Assembly: GCA_039621445.1 (NCBI GenBank)
Contig: CP154954.1
Coordinates: 20,632,642-20,696,641, forward strand
From: Euglena gracilis
Taxonomy: Eukaryota
Direction: 5' to 3'
Length of the DNA stretch: 64,000 nt
Numbering within the stretch: the stretch's first letter is position 1; each line of letters begins with the position of its first letter. Below are positions 1-13,747 of this stretch, piece after piece. The position numbers were made by a program, and so were the translations under genes. The notes under the pieces are model-generated. The model had not been told where the DNA came from. It ran no database searches and worked only from the letters and a program-made list of their open reading frames with translations.

Positions 1-239
1 TGGGGGGCACAAATAGGAACTAGAATCAATGCCAGAAGGGAGGGGGCGAAGTGCCGCCGTTCCCTCACGTCATTTGGCATTTGAATGTCTTAAGCGCAAT
101 TTCCATTCGCAACATCAGATTTCCCGGGAAAGGTTGCTCAGTCAGGGAGGGATATGCAACAAGGCCCCTTAAAATATCCAATGCAAAAAAAATGCAAAAA
201 AATGCAAAAATCACGACCATAGCTGCACTTTTCCTACGT

Positions 240-381
240 TCATTTGTGTTTCAGATGGTGTTCTTGGTCATTTGGTTTAAACGTGGCTTACATGGGTTAC
301 CAATTGACGCCCCTGGGCAATTGTCACCCCCCCCTGTGCTGCCCAACTTGTCACGCGACAATTGCCCGGGGGGGGGGCGAG
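240..381. mobile_element. Right end of the same MITE family as 36502-36990
   Basis: GTGTTTCAGATGGTGTT...CAATTGACGCCCC...TTGTCACGCGACAATTGCCCGGGG(n)CGAG|TA aligns with 36799-36992. Confidence 0.8.
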
Positions 382-439
382 TATTCCCCCCCTGCAAGAA
401 TCACACACACAGTTCCAGGGTGCCATCCCCATCCCGTTC

Positions 440-3400
440 ACACCGGCCCAATGGGGCCTGGCGGTGGGGGCAGCGACCCGAGCGAGGGGGCGGCGCTGGT
501 TGGGCGGCCGGTCACCATCAAGGCCCCGGAGGAGGTGTGGGCGGTGCTGAGCTCCACCGTGGGGTTCGCGCTGAGCGACGGCGACAGGGAGGACCTGCAG
601 CTGATGTGCGTCGCGGTGGGGGACCAGGGGTCGGCAGGCTTCGCCTTGGCCGGGGCATTTCCTTCCTTTCTTCGAAGCTGTTGCCTGCCACCATAGGGCA
701 CAAAAAATCATTTCGTTCATTCCTGTGAATATCCGCACATGCGAATAAGAACTAATGGATAATAATTTTCTTGCATTTTTCTCTTCATTTTAGCACGCCC
801 GACTTTCACATTCGGAGCCAGGAAAAGCTCTTGGAGAGTGTGCCGATGAAATGGTTTCATTTGGTCTGCAATATGGTGGCTTTATGGGCGGTTTTTCTTA
901 ATTTCTGGTGATTTGGGCAAGAACCAAAAGGGAGTTTGCACAACAGTGTGGAATTTGAATGGGGGGAAATCGGTACCCTGTATAAGTTAAATTTTAGGAA
1001 TATCTTGCGGTATAGTCCAGAATCTTTGCACACCTTTTTGGGTTTTTGACGTTTCCACTAAAATTGAAAAAAATATCGTCAAACGGCTGAAAACCAAATT
1101 TCTTAACGAATTCTGACCGAAAGCAACCCAAAACAGTGATCTTTTGAACCCATGCCTCTCAATCAAATTGCTGGTCAAAATGGTCCAATTCAGCCTAAAT
1201 GACATGAAGTGCCAATGTCCGGAAATTGCAAGTTCAGCTCGGGCCAGTTTGAAGCATTTTAGTCCAGTATTGAACGCCAAAATGGCACTTCTCTGACCTT
1301 ACAAGATTGCCAACAGCAACCGTTTTTGGACATTCTTAATGCGCTTTTTTCTTACTAATACCGCATAATCCTGCATAATTTGGAAAATATTTTTGTCTGT
1401 TTGTCTTGTCTAGGCCCCTGTCGCCGGCCAGTGTGGTGAGGTTCGGACCTTCGACAGTTCTGATGGTCTTCTGGGTCCTGCAACTGCATTGGCAAATGCT
1501 TTGGGACCGATTAATTTGTCTCCCTCCAATCAGTATCCATGTTTATTAGATGGTGGCCCCAAGAGGGATATCAATTTGAAGGGTTGGCCAATGTCCTTGG
1601 GTTTCTTGAAAGGATTTGGTTACAGTTAGGGTTGTTCGGCCGAAGTTAAGCCCACTCCTGTCGATCCTTTGGGGGGGGGGGGCAGCGCGTTCCCAAAGGC
1701 GGCAGAGGGACAGGGGAAGGGAAAGATAAAGGCTGCCGTATGGCTGCACCTCACAAGGGGGACCGGCAGCCCCTTTCTTCAGTCACGTCAAAGGAGCTCT
1801 GGGGGTAATGGGATTTGGGTTTCGGTATTAAGGATTAGTTACGTCCGTTCTGATGTTGACAGAAATTAGCCAATCGAGTTAGGTCCTATTTAGGTTGAAC
1901 AGTCTGAACCTTCATGCTGCTCCTTCAACAACCAAGGACTCGACCGAGTGTCAAGCTTGATATCCCCCAGGGGCAGAGGGGTGTAAAAATTAACTTGCCA
2001 TCTTTCTTTCCTTTTTCATTGTGAAACCCAACAGATTTTCATTTAGTGCGCCGCGTGCGCCGCGGCACCGGGAATTCTGTGACCGCGTGCGCCGCGGAAG
2101 ATTTCTTTCTCTGCCGCGTGCCGCGGCAGAAAAGAGCATGTGCCGCGGGAACGTCACTGGTGCGCCGCGGGTGTGCAGGCAAAATTTGATTATGTGCCGC
2201 GTGCGCTGTGGAATTTTTTTTTTGCTCCGCGGCAAACTTCGCCGCGGCACACTAAATGAAAGTCTGCTCCCCAATCAGCCCTGGATTACAGTGCCGCAAT
2301 CCCCAGATGTGCGGGGGTTTATTCATTTCGCTGTACACACCTCTGGCCGACCGGTAATTGCGGCCTTTGGGATTGGCACCATATATCATCCGCCACTCCT
2401 CCCACCTGCCTCCCACACTTGTACTTGCAAGTTGCCAGCCAGGCATTATTATCAAGACATTTTGCCCCAAAATCTTCAGGAATTTTGCTCCTATTTCCCC
2501 TCCTCCGCCGTCAGGGGGGTCAGATGGGACGTCAGCCGCGTCTTTCGTTTCCTGTCCCCGGTTTCCTGTCCCGGGCCCCCCAGGGCCCAGCCGCCCTCTA
2601 CCACATCGCCGTCCAAGAAAAGTTGCTCTGGCTGCCCCGGGCGGCTTTTGAGCCCATGGCTGGGGCCCAGGGCGTGCCCTCGGAACTGCGGCGTTCCTCC
2701 CCCGAGGGTGCAAGGAATGAAATAGCCCGGTTCAACCACGCATGCCCTTAGGCCCCTTCTTGGTGCCAAAGAAGGTATCTCGGTGCTGACGTTGCAGAAA
2801 TGACCGCAAAAACACCGGTTGTTTGGTGTGAAATTGCCCTGGAGTTCCGCGAATCCATCCACTCCACCGTCTTCTTATGGAGTCGCACGCGAATGTCGGA
2901 CTGGTGTTTGTTCTATTGCATCATTTGGTGCGTTGTTTACCATGCGATCCGTCCACCAGTTCAAAATACCTCCCCCGATGCTATGTCTCCCCCAACCTTT
3001 AAGGACCCCAACCTAAAGCCCTCCCAGGGTTTGGTTTTGCCGCCCAAATATAACTCAGGTTTTGCGCAGTGCTGAGCTCTTTAGGTGTGCGACAGAGCGG
3101 CCCAGTCGACCCGGCCCAGCCTGGCCGGTGGCCTGGCACCCCCTGGAACTTTTTTGACCCCAAAAAAACGACCCAAAATGCATGGGTTTCTGGCCAAAAA
3201 TGGGGGGGGGGTAAAAAAAAACGCTCATTTTCGCCCGAAAACAGTTTTTTCTGGTCCGGGAGGCCAGAAGACATAGTTTTGAGCAAAGCTTTTTTTCGAC
3301 TTTTTTCGACTTTTTTGACCCATATATGGCCGAAAATGGCAGGGTTGGAAGCCTGCCGCGCTGTTTTGCCCCGCAAATCATCCATATCTTGGGCGAGGCG

Positions 3401-6400
3401 GGGAGTTGCGGGGAAATCAAAATACTATTAGATAGGGCGTTCCAACGGCTTCAATTTAGGTCTCTGGACATTTCCTTTGAACTTTGCTTCATTTCCGAGA
3501 TATTTTGAAAACAACGATTTTTTGACCCTGAAAGCAGCGCCCTAGAAATTGGCCAAAATTGGCCCAAAAAATCTCCGGTAGGATTCCCCAACCCCAGTTT
3601 CGACTCTGCCATTTCGTCGTGGTGAGATTTTCGGTCAAAGAAAATCGATTTTTTGAAAATATCTCGAGAAAACGGGTATTATTTCCTGAAGTTTCGGTCA
3701 GACGAAATGTACCCCTGGAGGCCTTCTATTGCCCCCCATTCGCCGTTTTGGCTGCCAACACGCCTGGCCCATGTTCAGGCTCACTGTTGTGGCGCAAAAC
3801 ACAGTTTGGACCCCTTGGACCTGCGCCTGGCGGGGAGTTGGGGGTCAAACGGAGGTGATTCAACAACTGGAAATCCAGTCGCTCGTGAATGAAAAAAAAA
3901 ATATTTCCGGGAACCAGCCGGGGTAATGGTGATAATCCGCGGTTTTCATTACCTACCCAGGGGCAGGTAAGCTTCGCTCTTCCTTTATAAAGGGATAAGA
4001 GCTCAGCGACCCCGCCCCCCGATATGGAGCCAGACGATGGTGCAATTTTGGAAAAAGCAGAAAATTTTTGGGTGGATACAATGCTCCATTTGGATTAAAA
4101 AAATGCACATTTTAGGGGGAAAATAGGAAGTCCACGAGAATTTTGGCATAAGATTGGTGTTTGACTGCAGCTGAAAGCCGCCAACGTTTTTACAGCCCAC
4201 CAGAAAAGTTTGATTTTTACCCCCAAATATGAGGCCCCCCCCCCCTGAGGGTCTTGAAATCCCACCCAGTTCTAAAGCTGGGGGACTTCAGATATGGGGT
4301 GGTGACCGGGAACAGGTATTCCTTTTCAGAGATTTTTTCCCCACCCAGGGACCATTCTGACACATGTAAATTGAACATTTAAAAACCATTTTTTTTTGTG
4401 CACTTCCACATATCAATTATTTAACTCACTCAAGCACAGCGTGCTTCAATCTAATTTATTTGTGCAATTGAAAAGGAGCTACAAAATTGTTTCTTCCCCC
4501 TCATCGCTATTTTTTCCCCCAGAAAAGAGTCAATGCTGTTTACAATGAAGTTCTTTGGTCTCATGGTTCGGCCATGTTATGTGGGTACGCCATATGGGCA
4601 GCTGAACTCCCAGGCAAGGGGTATATTTTTTGGGGTGGTGTATACTTGTTTGCTTACCATTACAATTACCTCCTCCCCTCAAATAAGACCCCCCAAAATA
4701 AAATGGGTTGTTTAGGCCTACCGAGCAAAAGTCCAAAAAAATAAGCTCCCCACAAATTTAACCCCCCCATTATAACCCCCCTCTGATCAGTGCGAAGCAC
4801 TGGGGTCAGCGAAATACAGTCAAAACAGAAATTATGGGAGACAAAAAATACACCCTCTCAGTCAATTATCACAAGCAAAAAGGCCATGTGATGAAATCAG
4901 AGATTCTTTTTTAAGTTTCGTGACCCGGGGGGGGGGGGCTGGCTGGGTGGGTGGGTGGGTCAGGCTGAGTGGGTAACTTGCCGGGCGGGGTTTTCTTCTA
5001 CTTTTGGCGTGAAGCGCCGAAAAAAAAATGGAACCCCAAATTGACACCCCAAAAGTACGTCCCTCGAGCCCCCCCCCCCCCGTGGGGGCCCAGGGGGTGG
5101 GTCCCGCCCCCCGGGTCCAAAAAAGGCCTCTAGATTGTCATTTTGGGGGGTTTTTTGCGACAGAAATTCTCACCAAAGGCACCAGAAGTCCATTTTTTTT
5201 ATAACGTTTGCGTTGTTTTTGCAAATAATGCATTATAAGTTAAAAAATACCACGAATTCCCCTCAAATGTTGAATTTTTTCAAATCAAGAATTTTAATAA
5301 TGTTCCCCGTCATATTTTTTTCATAGGTCTTCTCTCTCGTAATTTCTGTCCGCAACCGCAACCTCGTTGAAATTTACATAAAATGATGAGCTTGTTAATG
5401 TTTTGGCGCATTTGGCACCCTGATGTCTGGGTGGTGCAAGGACGGGTTGTCTGTGGGGGAGACGCTTCCTGGCGGCGACGGGGATGGGCAATGCCCCAAA
5501 GGGCATCCATTGCGTGAACACGTCACGCCCAACAACAGTTTCGGCTGCGATGCCTGCCTCGGGAAGGTGCCGCAGGCGACCCGGATGTACGGCTGCCGTC
5601 CGGGTACTTTTGGAGATTGTTTGGATGAGACGCTGCCCTGTTGCGAAACCGAAAAGGCGGAACTTGTTTTGTCAGCTTCAAAGGACATATGCCGCCACAT
5701 TTTTGTCAAACTGGGAATTTATTGGAAGTGCATTATCAATGTAATGATGCAAAGCTGCACCACCAGCAGCAGGAGCAACAGCAACAAAATGAAAAATCTA
5801 GAAATTCCTCGCATCGATGAATGTGCTCGCGGATATCGGAAGGAATCCTTTTTTTTTGAGAAGACACCCGCTGTCGATGCTGCAACTATGACGAGTGTCT
5901 GGCGTGCCACGAGAAGGGCAAGTCTGATGGTTCCTCTGTCCCCTGGGACAGGGGAGTCTATGTCTCTTTGCCCCCCCCCCCTCCCCGTGTGACTGACTGG
6001 CGTTTTCAGGGGGGAGATCCCATCCCTCCCCTGGCATTGACGTTCATGGACATCCTGAAGAGTGTTCGCTGTGGCCAGTGCTGGCTGGCTCCACCCTCCT
6101 GGTGGCTTCCCAATTGGGCTTGGCACCCTCCAGGAACTGATGACTGCAAGAGGGCGCTGCAGCAGAGAGTGAACCCCACCCATTTTTGCACTGCGTCGAG
6201 CCCAAATAATTAACTGAAAAACATCCGTCTCCCCTTCACAAGGAACGACATAAAAACAGTAACAATGTCAGAAATAATCACAGGAAAGAAAATCAATAAT
6301 ACATGATGTGTCTTTCTCGTATTAAGGTAACATCCAAATTGGCGTAATGGTTTTTTGTGCGATGAATAGAAGCATTAGATTTTATCAGGAGTCAAAGTAT

Positions 6401-9180
6401 CAGTGAAAACAGCATTTGGCACCAAAGAAGTGGAAAATCGACTTATCACTGGCTTTGGGTATTTTCCGAATAAATTGCAGGGGTGAGGGTTAAAAAGATG
6501 GGTCCACTGTCTTTGCAGGTGGGTTAGCATGCACAAACATGTACGTACATACTGAACTTTATGAGGAATTATTCCGACCATCCAAAGTAACACACTCGTT
6601 TGTGTTTGGCGTGACTTTTGAGGTTGCATACACTTTCCTGTGACCACAATATTCCCACATACTCTGACCTTCCTCGGACTAACCACAACACCAGAAGTTG
6701 ACTCTTACCCCAATTTGGCATGAACAGGGTGTTTACAGAAGAAAAGTTATCCAGGAAGTCACACGCAGTCTTCACACCAGAGAACCCCGGGCTTGTGTGT
6801 GATCGGCGGCGTTCCCCGCCGTGCATCCGGTTCTCCACCGCGGCCCTTCGAGCCGCCGTCACGGCCCAGCCGCCCCTGCCCCCCGGTGGAGGCGGGAGGG
6901 AGGCGTGGTGCGTGGACACGCACGACTCGACCACCGCCGTCAAGGAGGTCTTCGCCGCTGCCGGCTGCAGCTCACTGCAGCCCAAGGGCCAGCCACCCCT
7001 TCTGTGTCAGTCAATGACATTTGCGTGCATTGGGGGTGTTTGACAGGAGTTTCTGGCTGGTTTTTGGCTCCAGACCGCCCCGCCTCCCGGTGGGGGGATG
7101 ACCAAAAAAGCCCCCTTTTTGAAAAATTTGTTCATCAGACCGTCAGGTGCTTAGGCTGTATTGGAGACTCATGTGAAGTCATCTTTTTTTTTGAATAATT
7201 ATTTGCAAGAGACTTTTCCATAGACCGCAACCGCAGGGATTCATTTTATTTCCCACCCCGACTCCGGGTGAAGTGTTTAAGTGGATGAAGTGTGTTTGTG
7301 CTTGGCGTCCTCAGGTCAATCCAAACTGGCCTTTGAATGTGATCCGGGTGGAGAAAATGGATCACGCTAGACCGCTTTCCCTGGGGGTCTTTCCCGCGGA
7401 AACCAACGTGGTGAACTGTGGCAACCATGGCTGACTTGAACCCCAAGGATCGTTCTTTTAATGTACGTTGTTGTTTTTTTCACCGTCGGGTACTTTCTCA
7501 ATTCATCGGACCTCCGTCATCCATCTGCTTGTCTTTCTGGTTTCTGACCAATGCACAGGTGTGTTGGGGGGGGGGGGGCAGTTTAGAGGCTTGGCCAATC
7601 AGGATTAGTTGCAAAAGGGTTTCCCTACGGTTCCGCCAAAGGAGAAAGACCGAAGTTGCAATTATTTTCTCATCAGCCTGTCCTCCAACTGCTATCCTCA
7701 TTCCGGTTTTTCCTTCTGCAGGTCCAGTCTCTCCAAGTTGCAAATCCAACTTGTGAACCTTGCAAGTAGACGCTGCTTCATTCGTTGGCACCTCCCCTGC
7801 ACCTCTCATATGTGATGGCAATGTTCCGTCAGTGATGAATCCAACTACTACGTGGGTGAAGGCGGCCTGAAGCGCAGCGTGGGCCTCGTATTTGCTCACC
7901 ACCAGAGCCAATTATACAATTCCAGTCGCGGTTTCCCCCAAAATTTGCCAGAAGCTTCCAAGTATAGAAAACAAAGTTGCAGAATGGACAAATGTGCTTA
8001 AAATAGCCAAAAGTGTCAAAAAGAATGGTCAAAAGTTGCCCAAAATGTGCCAAAACATAAACACACCACTGAGGACCATCAGGGTGATGTAGGGCGATGC
8101 GGTAGCCCCCCCCCCCGGGGGTATTATTTGTACAGGGGGGGAGGGAGGGTCTCCCCGCTCATTCAAAACCCCCCCCAGAGTGATACACTCCTTTCCGCTG
8201 ATTCACTTAGACCCCCCCTGAATAGAAGCCCCCGGGCTTCTATTCCGAATGGAATAGAATAGAATTAGAATAGATTCCGAATAGAAGCCGGGGGCTTCTA
8301 TTCGGAACGTTGGTCGAAAACTGAGGGGGGGGGCTTCTATTCGGGGGGGGGGGACAATTCGGAAAAGTGGTCGAAAACCAGGGGGTCCGAGAATTATCGA
8401 AGAAAATTCTTTGTGGGTCCACATACCTTACCTTTCCAAACCATGTCAAATATGCTGCAAATGTTACTCTTGTGGATGCATTGGATCATTAAACACAAAA
8501 TCACCCAATTCTCATTTAACCAATGCCTGAAGAAACCAAATTACCATCTGTCCCAATTGACAGATCCACGGGCAGGGGCCTACTATTTGGGGGGGGGGGG
8601 CACTATTCGGAATTTTGGTCGAAAACCGATGGGGGGGCTTCTATTTCGGGGGGGGGGCACTATTCGGGGGGGGGGGCGGGGCTTCTATTCGGGGGGGTTT
8701 AGTGACCCAGGGGGGTCACTCGAGCCCAGGGTTGTATGGGAAGCTCTGCAGACATGAGGTAGGTGGTAGGGGGGTCACCTCCCCCCAGGGGTAAGGTGGA
8801 AGGGGGCCCCCACCTCCCCCCTGGTTTTGGAAGGGTGGGTCCCCCCCCCTCCGAGATTCCCAATCAAGTCTGCCAGGCCCCCACAACATCCACCCAAGTC
8901 CCTGCCCCCTCCCCCCAGAATTATGTAAAAACAATTTTTTTTCTGGACAGGTGCAACCGTGGTGCCAACCACTCAGTCGGCACCAGTGGCCGGAACGTGT
9001 CCACCGGGGACACACTGGAGGTCACGGTGGACAACGGTGTGGTGACGTTCGCCATTAACGGCCATCGGCACGGGACTCAGGGGTTTGTTTTTGGGAGGTT
9101 GGAATTCGCCGGGAGGGCTGGGGTAGAATTCTCCACCCCCCCCCCTGCACACACAACACGCACAAAACACACACACATAT

Positions 9181-9243
<63 letters not shown>

Positions 9244-9246
9244 CAC

Positions 9247-9280
<34 letters not shown>

Positions 9281-12200
9281 CACACAACACACAACACACA
9301 ACACACAACACACAACTCACAACACACAACACACAACACACAACACACAACACACAACACACAACACACACACCACACACACAACACACACAACACACAC
9401 AACACACACAACACACACCACGCACACCACGCACACCACGCACACCACGCACACCACGCACACCACGCACACCACACACACCACACACACCACACACACC
9501 ACACACACAACACACACACACACACACACACGGAGGTTGTGGTAATTTTTGACTTGAAATCGACCGCCCAGGACGAATGGGAAACCCCATTTTCCCAAAA
9601 GGGGAAAGAGGTGGTGGAGGGGTGGGTCCCTAACCCTCCACCCCTCGTCCTGCCCTTCCCCTTTCTGACTTCTAGGTCAAAAGTTTTCCTTCAGAGGGGG
9701 TACCCACCTTAACCCCTCCCAAACCAGCACACAAAGCAACCCTCTGCCTGGGCCACGGTGGAGGTCGGGAAGGAGGGCGCGCTGCGGTTCGGGGTGTCGC
9801 TGTGCGGCCGTGGGCAGCGGGTGAGGGGCAGCGCCCTGCCCCGCCAGCGGTCGAGGCATGGCCCCAGTTTGAGGGGGCAATCTATTTATTCTTCAGAGCG
9901 TTGGGGATGTCCTGCCTGCAGCTAACCAGCATTTAATCGTGATCCAAAAACAAACTTTTTCCGGGACCCGTCAGCTGTTTTATTTTTACATGTTTTTTTA
10001 TGCCATTTGAATTTGGGTGCATATGCGCAGGGAGATGTTCCCATCCGGAATAAAAAATAAATAAAAAACAGAAACCAATAACTAGAATGAACGCTTCAGC
10101 CAAACCTCAGTAAATTTTCATGGGTACAACAAAAGTCACGGAATTTGGAGCTTTTTTTTTGGACCACTGGCACAAAAAATGTCGGATGTGGATGTGAAGA
10201 GGATGGTAAATTGGTGAAGAAGGATGGACTTTCCGATGGAGTTTTGACTGGAGGGACGATGCAAACGCGTTTTTTTTGTGTGTGTGTTTTTTTTCGGATT
10301 CATCAAAAATTATGGTTTTTTGGGCAATTTTTTTTTCTGGGCAATTTGTCGATTTCTGCTGGAAGAGTTTTTTGACATTGAGGGATTCCTCATTTCCTCC
10401 CCGATTTCCCCCAAGTTTTGTCAAATCTTTGTCATTTTTTGCATTTGTCATTTTTTTTGGTCAAAAATAATGTTTTCCTGCAACGTTTAAAACGTTCCCT
10501 TTCCTCTCCGGCAAAAAGTGTAACCCCCCAAATAATACCCCCCTGGGGTATTATTTTTTTTGCCCAAAGTCCCGGCCCGAGGGGGGGGGGTATTATTTGT
10601 GGGGTAATAGCACCCCAAAATTTTCGAAAATTTTGAAATCCCACAGATCCAAAATAGCGCCAAAACCCCCCCTTTGGGGTCATTTTTTTGTACTTTGTCA
10701 TGAGATTTAGCATTTTTGGAGGCCAGATGATCCAGAAAAATCGATTTTTTTCGTAATTTGTTGTCAGAGATTGTGATTTTTTATCCACATTTTCAGGTCA
10801 AAATCCGGGTTGTCGGCCCGAAATTGGGGAGGGGGTATTAACTCGGTCGCCTAAGTCGGACCCCGAGGGGGGGGGGTATTATTTGGGGGGGTTTACATCT
10901 CGGGGAAGGTGCTGAAGGATTTTGCAGGTTTTTTTGTGTTTTTTATTGCGTTTTTCGCGTTTTTTTTTGTCGCGTTTTTCGAGGATCCATATGCTGCATT
11001 CCCTTTCCTAGTTGTGGCCAACGTCACTAATGGGGCCGGGGGTGTTAGCTTGGTGTCGGCTTGGCGTCGGCTTGGTGTCGGCTTGGTGTCGGCTTGGTGT
11101 CGGCTTGGTTTCGGTTTGGGGTCGGCTTGGTGTCAGCTTGGTGTCGCCCCCCCCCCCCATATCACACAGCACACTGTGTAGGGCAGGGCGTTGCAGGCGA
11201 TCGTCGGGGGTCGCCGGGACACGGTCCCAGTTGCCCGCCCCAGCCCCCTGCCCGCTGGGAGGAAGGATTACCCGGCAGTTGTTTGGTTTTCTCTCTCACT
11301 GTGGAATTTCAAGCGAAACTGCATCCGGAAACAAATACGCTTTTCGTCGCAGAAGTTTGTTTCCCCCCAGTCCACATATAGCCCCGGACATTAAATGTGA
11401 TGCAACGTAATGCACAAATGTTTGTGGAAAAACGTCCCCTGAGGGCCTTGAAATACCGCCCAAATAAAAAACCTGGGGGGGGGCAGTGGCTGCTTGTCCA
11501 GGCAGCCCAGGGTACTCCGAGTCCCCCCTCCCCCCCGGAGTTGGGCAAATTTAGTCTGATCGGACGCCAAGGTGATCTTTTGTCGCGACGGAGGTGGTGG
11601 TCAGAGGCGAAGCAGAGCTGGCCGCTGCTCTGGAGGACAGCAAACTACATCTGCTGGAGCGCCTCCAGCACTGCCGGAAGTCGGGCCGCGTGATGACATA
11701 TGACGTTTCGGACGATATTGGGGATCCCTCTGCGTTGCTACCACACACATGGCTGGCATGTGTGCTTGGGTGTTGTCGATGTACGTTGACAAGACATGTA
11801 TATTTGCGTTGTCTACGTGTCGATGTTGTTTCTGTGCAAATATTCGTGCAGTGGTTCTGTGTGTGCGCACGTGTGTTGTGGCAGTTTGTATATTCAAACC
11901 ACACAGCAGTCTGTGACATCCCAGCATTGTTGGGAAGGGTGACTCCCCAGGTGCTTTTTTTGTGTCCTGGTGTTGGGAAGGCAAGGCTAATTTGCTGGCC
12001 GCCCCCCAGGTGTCTGACTTCTTTCACCCACTCCAGTTTTTTTATTTCACACTCCAATTTTGTTTTTTGTGTGTTAAATTCGCAGTAGGGTTGGGTTTCA
12101 ATTGAGGAAGTGGGTTAGCATTGCGATTTTAAGAAAAATTTGCCGAAATCGAACAAAAAATGGGGTCCAAAATTAGCTTTAAAACCACACCCAAATTTGA

Positions 12201-13747
12201 CCTTAACTCCCCAGACCTTATTTCCAAACCCGAACCCGAACACAAACCCGAACCCTCAATCCTAACCCTGACCCACTCTGGAAACTAATCCCAAATTTAC
12301 CCTGTCCGCTTTTTTTGGTGGCGTGGCTTTCCTTTGGTCTAGGTTGTTTGGCCTGGTAGGTACAGCTGGGACCCCTCCCGTGCGGGGGGAGGGGGCGAGG
12401 CATGAAGCAAGCAATTTGGAACAACAGCCGCCTGGCCGAGGGATTCCGACTCCACCTACCAAATCGTCATCGAGGGCCAGCCAGTCTGGTTCACGCGTCA
12501 CTGCCTGGAAGTGGTCGGAGATGGCAACGTTCAGGACACTGCTGCCAACAGCGTGGACCAAAACTGTTGCTGTTTTTTTGCTGCTCAATGCAAAGTGCCC
12601 TGTCGCTGGGGGTGGGGACAGCTGCACCATCACAGGCTGCCGAGTACGAATGCGGAAAGCGGAAGAGATTCGAGAAGCCCTGCACATAAGTGCCTTCATC
12701 AAATCACCAGTATCCCTCATAAAAGAATACGCGAACTCCCAGAAGACCACTTTGACCTTTTTTTGAAAATGTTTGAGTGCCTTTTTTTGCTTAAAATTTT
12801 TTATTCCTCACCCTGGGCTAAAGCACCATTTTTCTGTGAAAAGTTGAATCTTCCCATCCAGGCTCATGCTTAGTCGGGTGCCTGGGACCCAGAAAAATTT
12901 CATTGAAAATGGCTTTTTCCGGGCCGCTGGCGCCAGGGTTGGAGGGGGGTACCTGCCATGGGCAGGCCCGACCCCCCCCAGGGGCGGGTTGGATCAGGTG
13001 CTCTGGGGTGCCTGCCCCTAGCACCCACCTACCCCGTGGGGCCCTGGACCCCTACCCCCCTCCCCCGGGGTATACCTGCTAGGGGCAGGCACCCTATAGC
13101 ACCCACCGTCGGTAAGCACAAGCACGTTCCCATCATCAAATTCTCCCAAAATAATATTATTTCATCATTTTTCCGTCGGTTTTTTCCCATCTTTTTTGTT
13201 TCCTGCCATTTTTGTATGGATTGTATGCACGTTTCACCTTCGAACTCTCTTAAACTGAAAATTCAAAACCCCCTGTGGAAGCAACTCGCTACAGGTGTAG
13301 AGAACGTATACCACAAAAAAATCAAAAAAGTATTGTTGAGATTTGCGAAGTAGCCCGTCGTTTTCATTTTGTTCATTACGTTTCCAATTTATTCCCGGAC
13401 TGTGATAATAACTGGGCTCTGCTCTCTGCTGATTAATCTTTCAGGATTTGAGCAAGTGAATATACGCTCCCAACCATAGAGTCATTTGACACCTGTGAGA
13501 CCCCAACCCCGGTGGGTATTCGAGAGTGAGTTGGAGTTGAGTGGGTTGGAGCTGCGGTACCCCCTCCTTGAACACGGATGCGCGTATGGCAGAGCCCGCC
13601 GTGGAGGCGGCCGCGCTCGCCGCGCTCGCCACGCGGGAGGGCACCGTGCAGCGCTACACCGCCGCGGAGGAGAAGTACCTGGTGGACTTCGGCGGCGCAA
13701 ACTCGCACTGGGTGCCGCGCTCCGCTTTCAACGTGGCCCTCGAGTGA
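440..13747 (+). CDS. 3' portion of a multi-exon gene: Mind-bomb-repeat/SH3-like domain, Cys/His zinc finger, SPRY-like domain, second SH3-like repeat
   Basis: Approximate exons: ~440-612 (GRPVTIKAPEEVWAVLSSTVGF..LQLMC), ~1413-1478 (PVAGQCGEVRTFDSSDG), ~2585-2705 (LYHIAVQEKLLWLPRAAF), ~5455-5598 plus ~5877-5918 (CPKGH..CDAC..MYGCRCCNYDECLACH), ~6800-6985, ~7830-7900 (NYYVGEGGLKRSVGLVF), ~8950-9070 (GDTLEVTVDNGVVTFAING), ~9745-9830 (LRFGVSLCGRGQRV), ~11185-11260, ~11590-11660 and ~13585-13747 (EGTVQRY..YLVDFGG..HWVPRSAF, stop). Several are matched by the paralog at 55800-64000. Confidence 0.72.
2032..2266. mobile_element. Putative hairpin MITE with many GCCGCG repeats
   Basis: CAGATTTTCATTTAGTGCGCCGCG is inverted against CGCGGCACACTAAATGAAAGTCTG, with about 10 internal GCCGCG motifs. 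Confidence 0.6.
8210..8701. mobile_element. Putative MITE with AATAGAAGCCCC inverted subterminal repeats
   Basis: ACCCCCCCTGAATAGAAGCCCC on the left versus GGGGCTTCTATTCGGGGGGGGT on the right; the motif is repeated internally. Confidence 0.6.
9148..9531. repeat. Compound CA-rich microsatellite ((GCAC)n, (CA)n, (ACACACA)n, (CACCACGCA)n)
   Basis: Direct inspection. Confidence 0.95.
11047..11146. repeat. 11-bp tandem repeat GGCTTGGTGTC
   Basis: About 9 imperfect copies. Confidence 0.9.

Noticed and set aside
8763-9712. His/Thr-rich and Cys/Val-rich ORFs, also at ~18600, ~28500, ~31000, ~50700 and ~56300
   Set aside because: They are translations of microsatellites.
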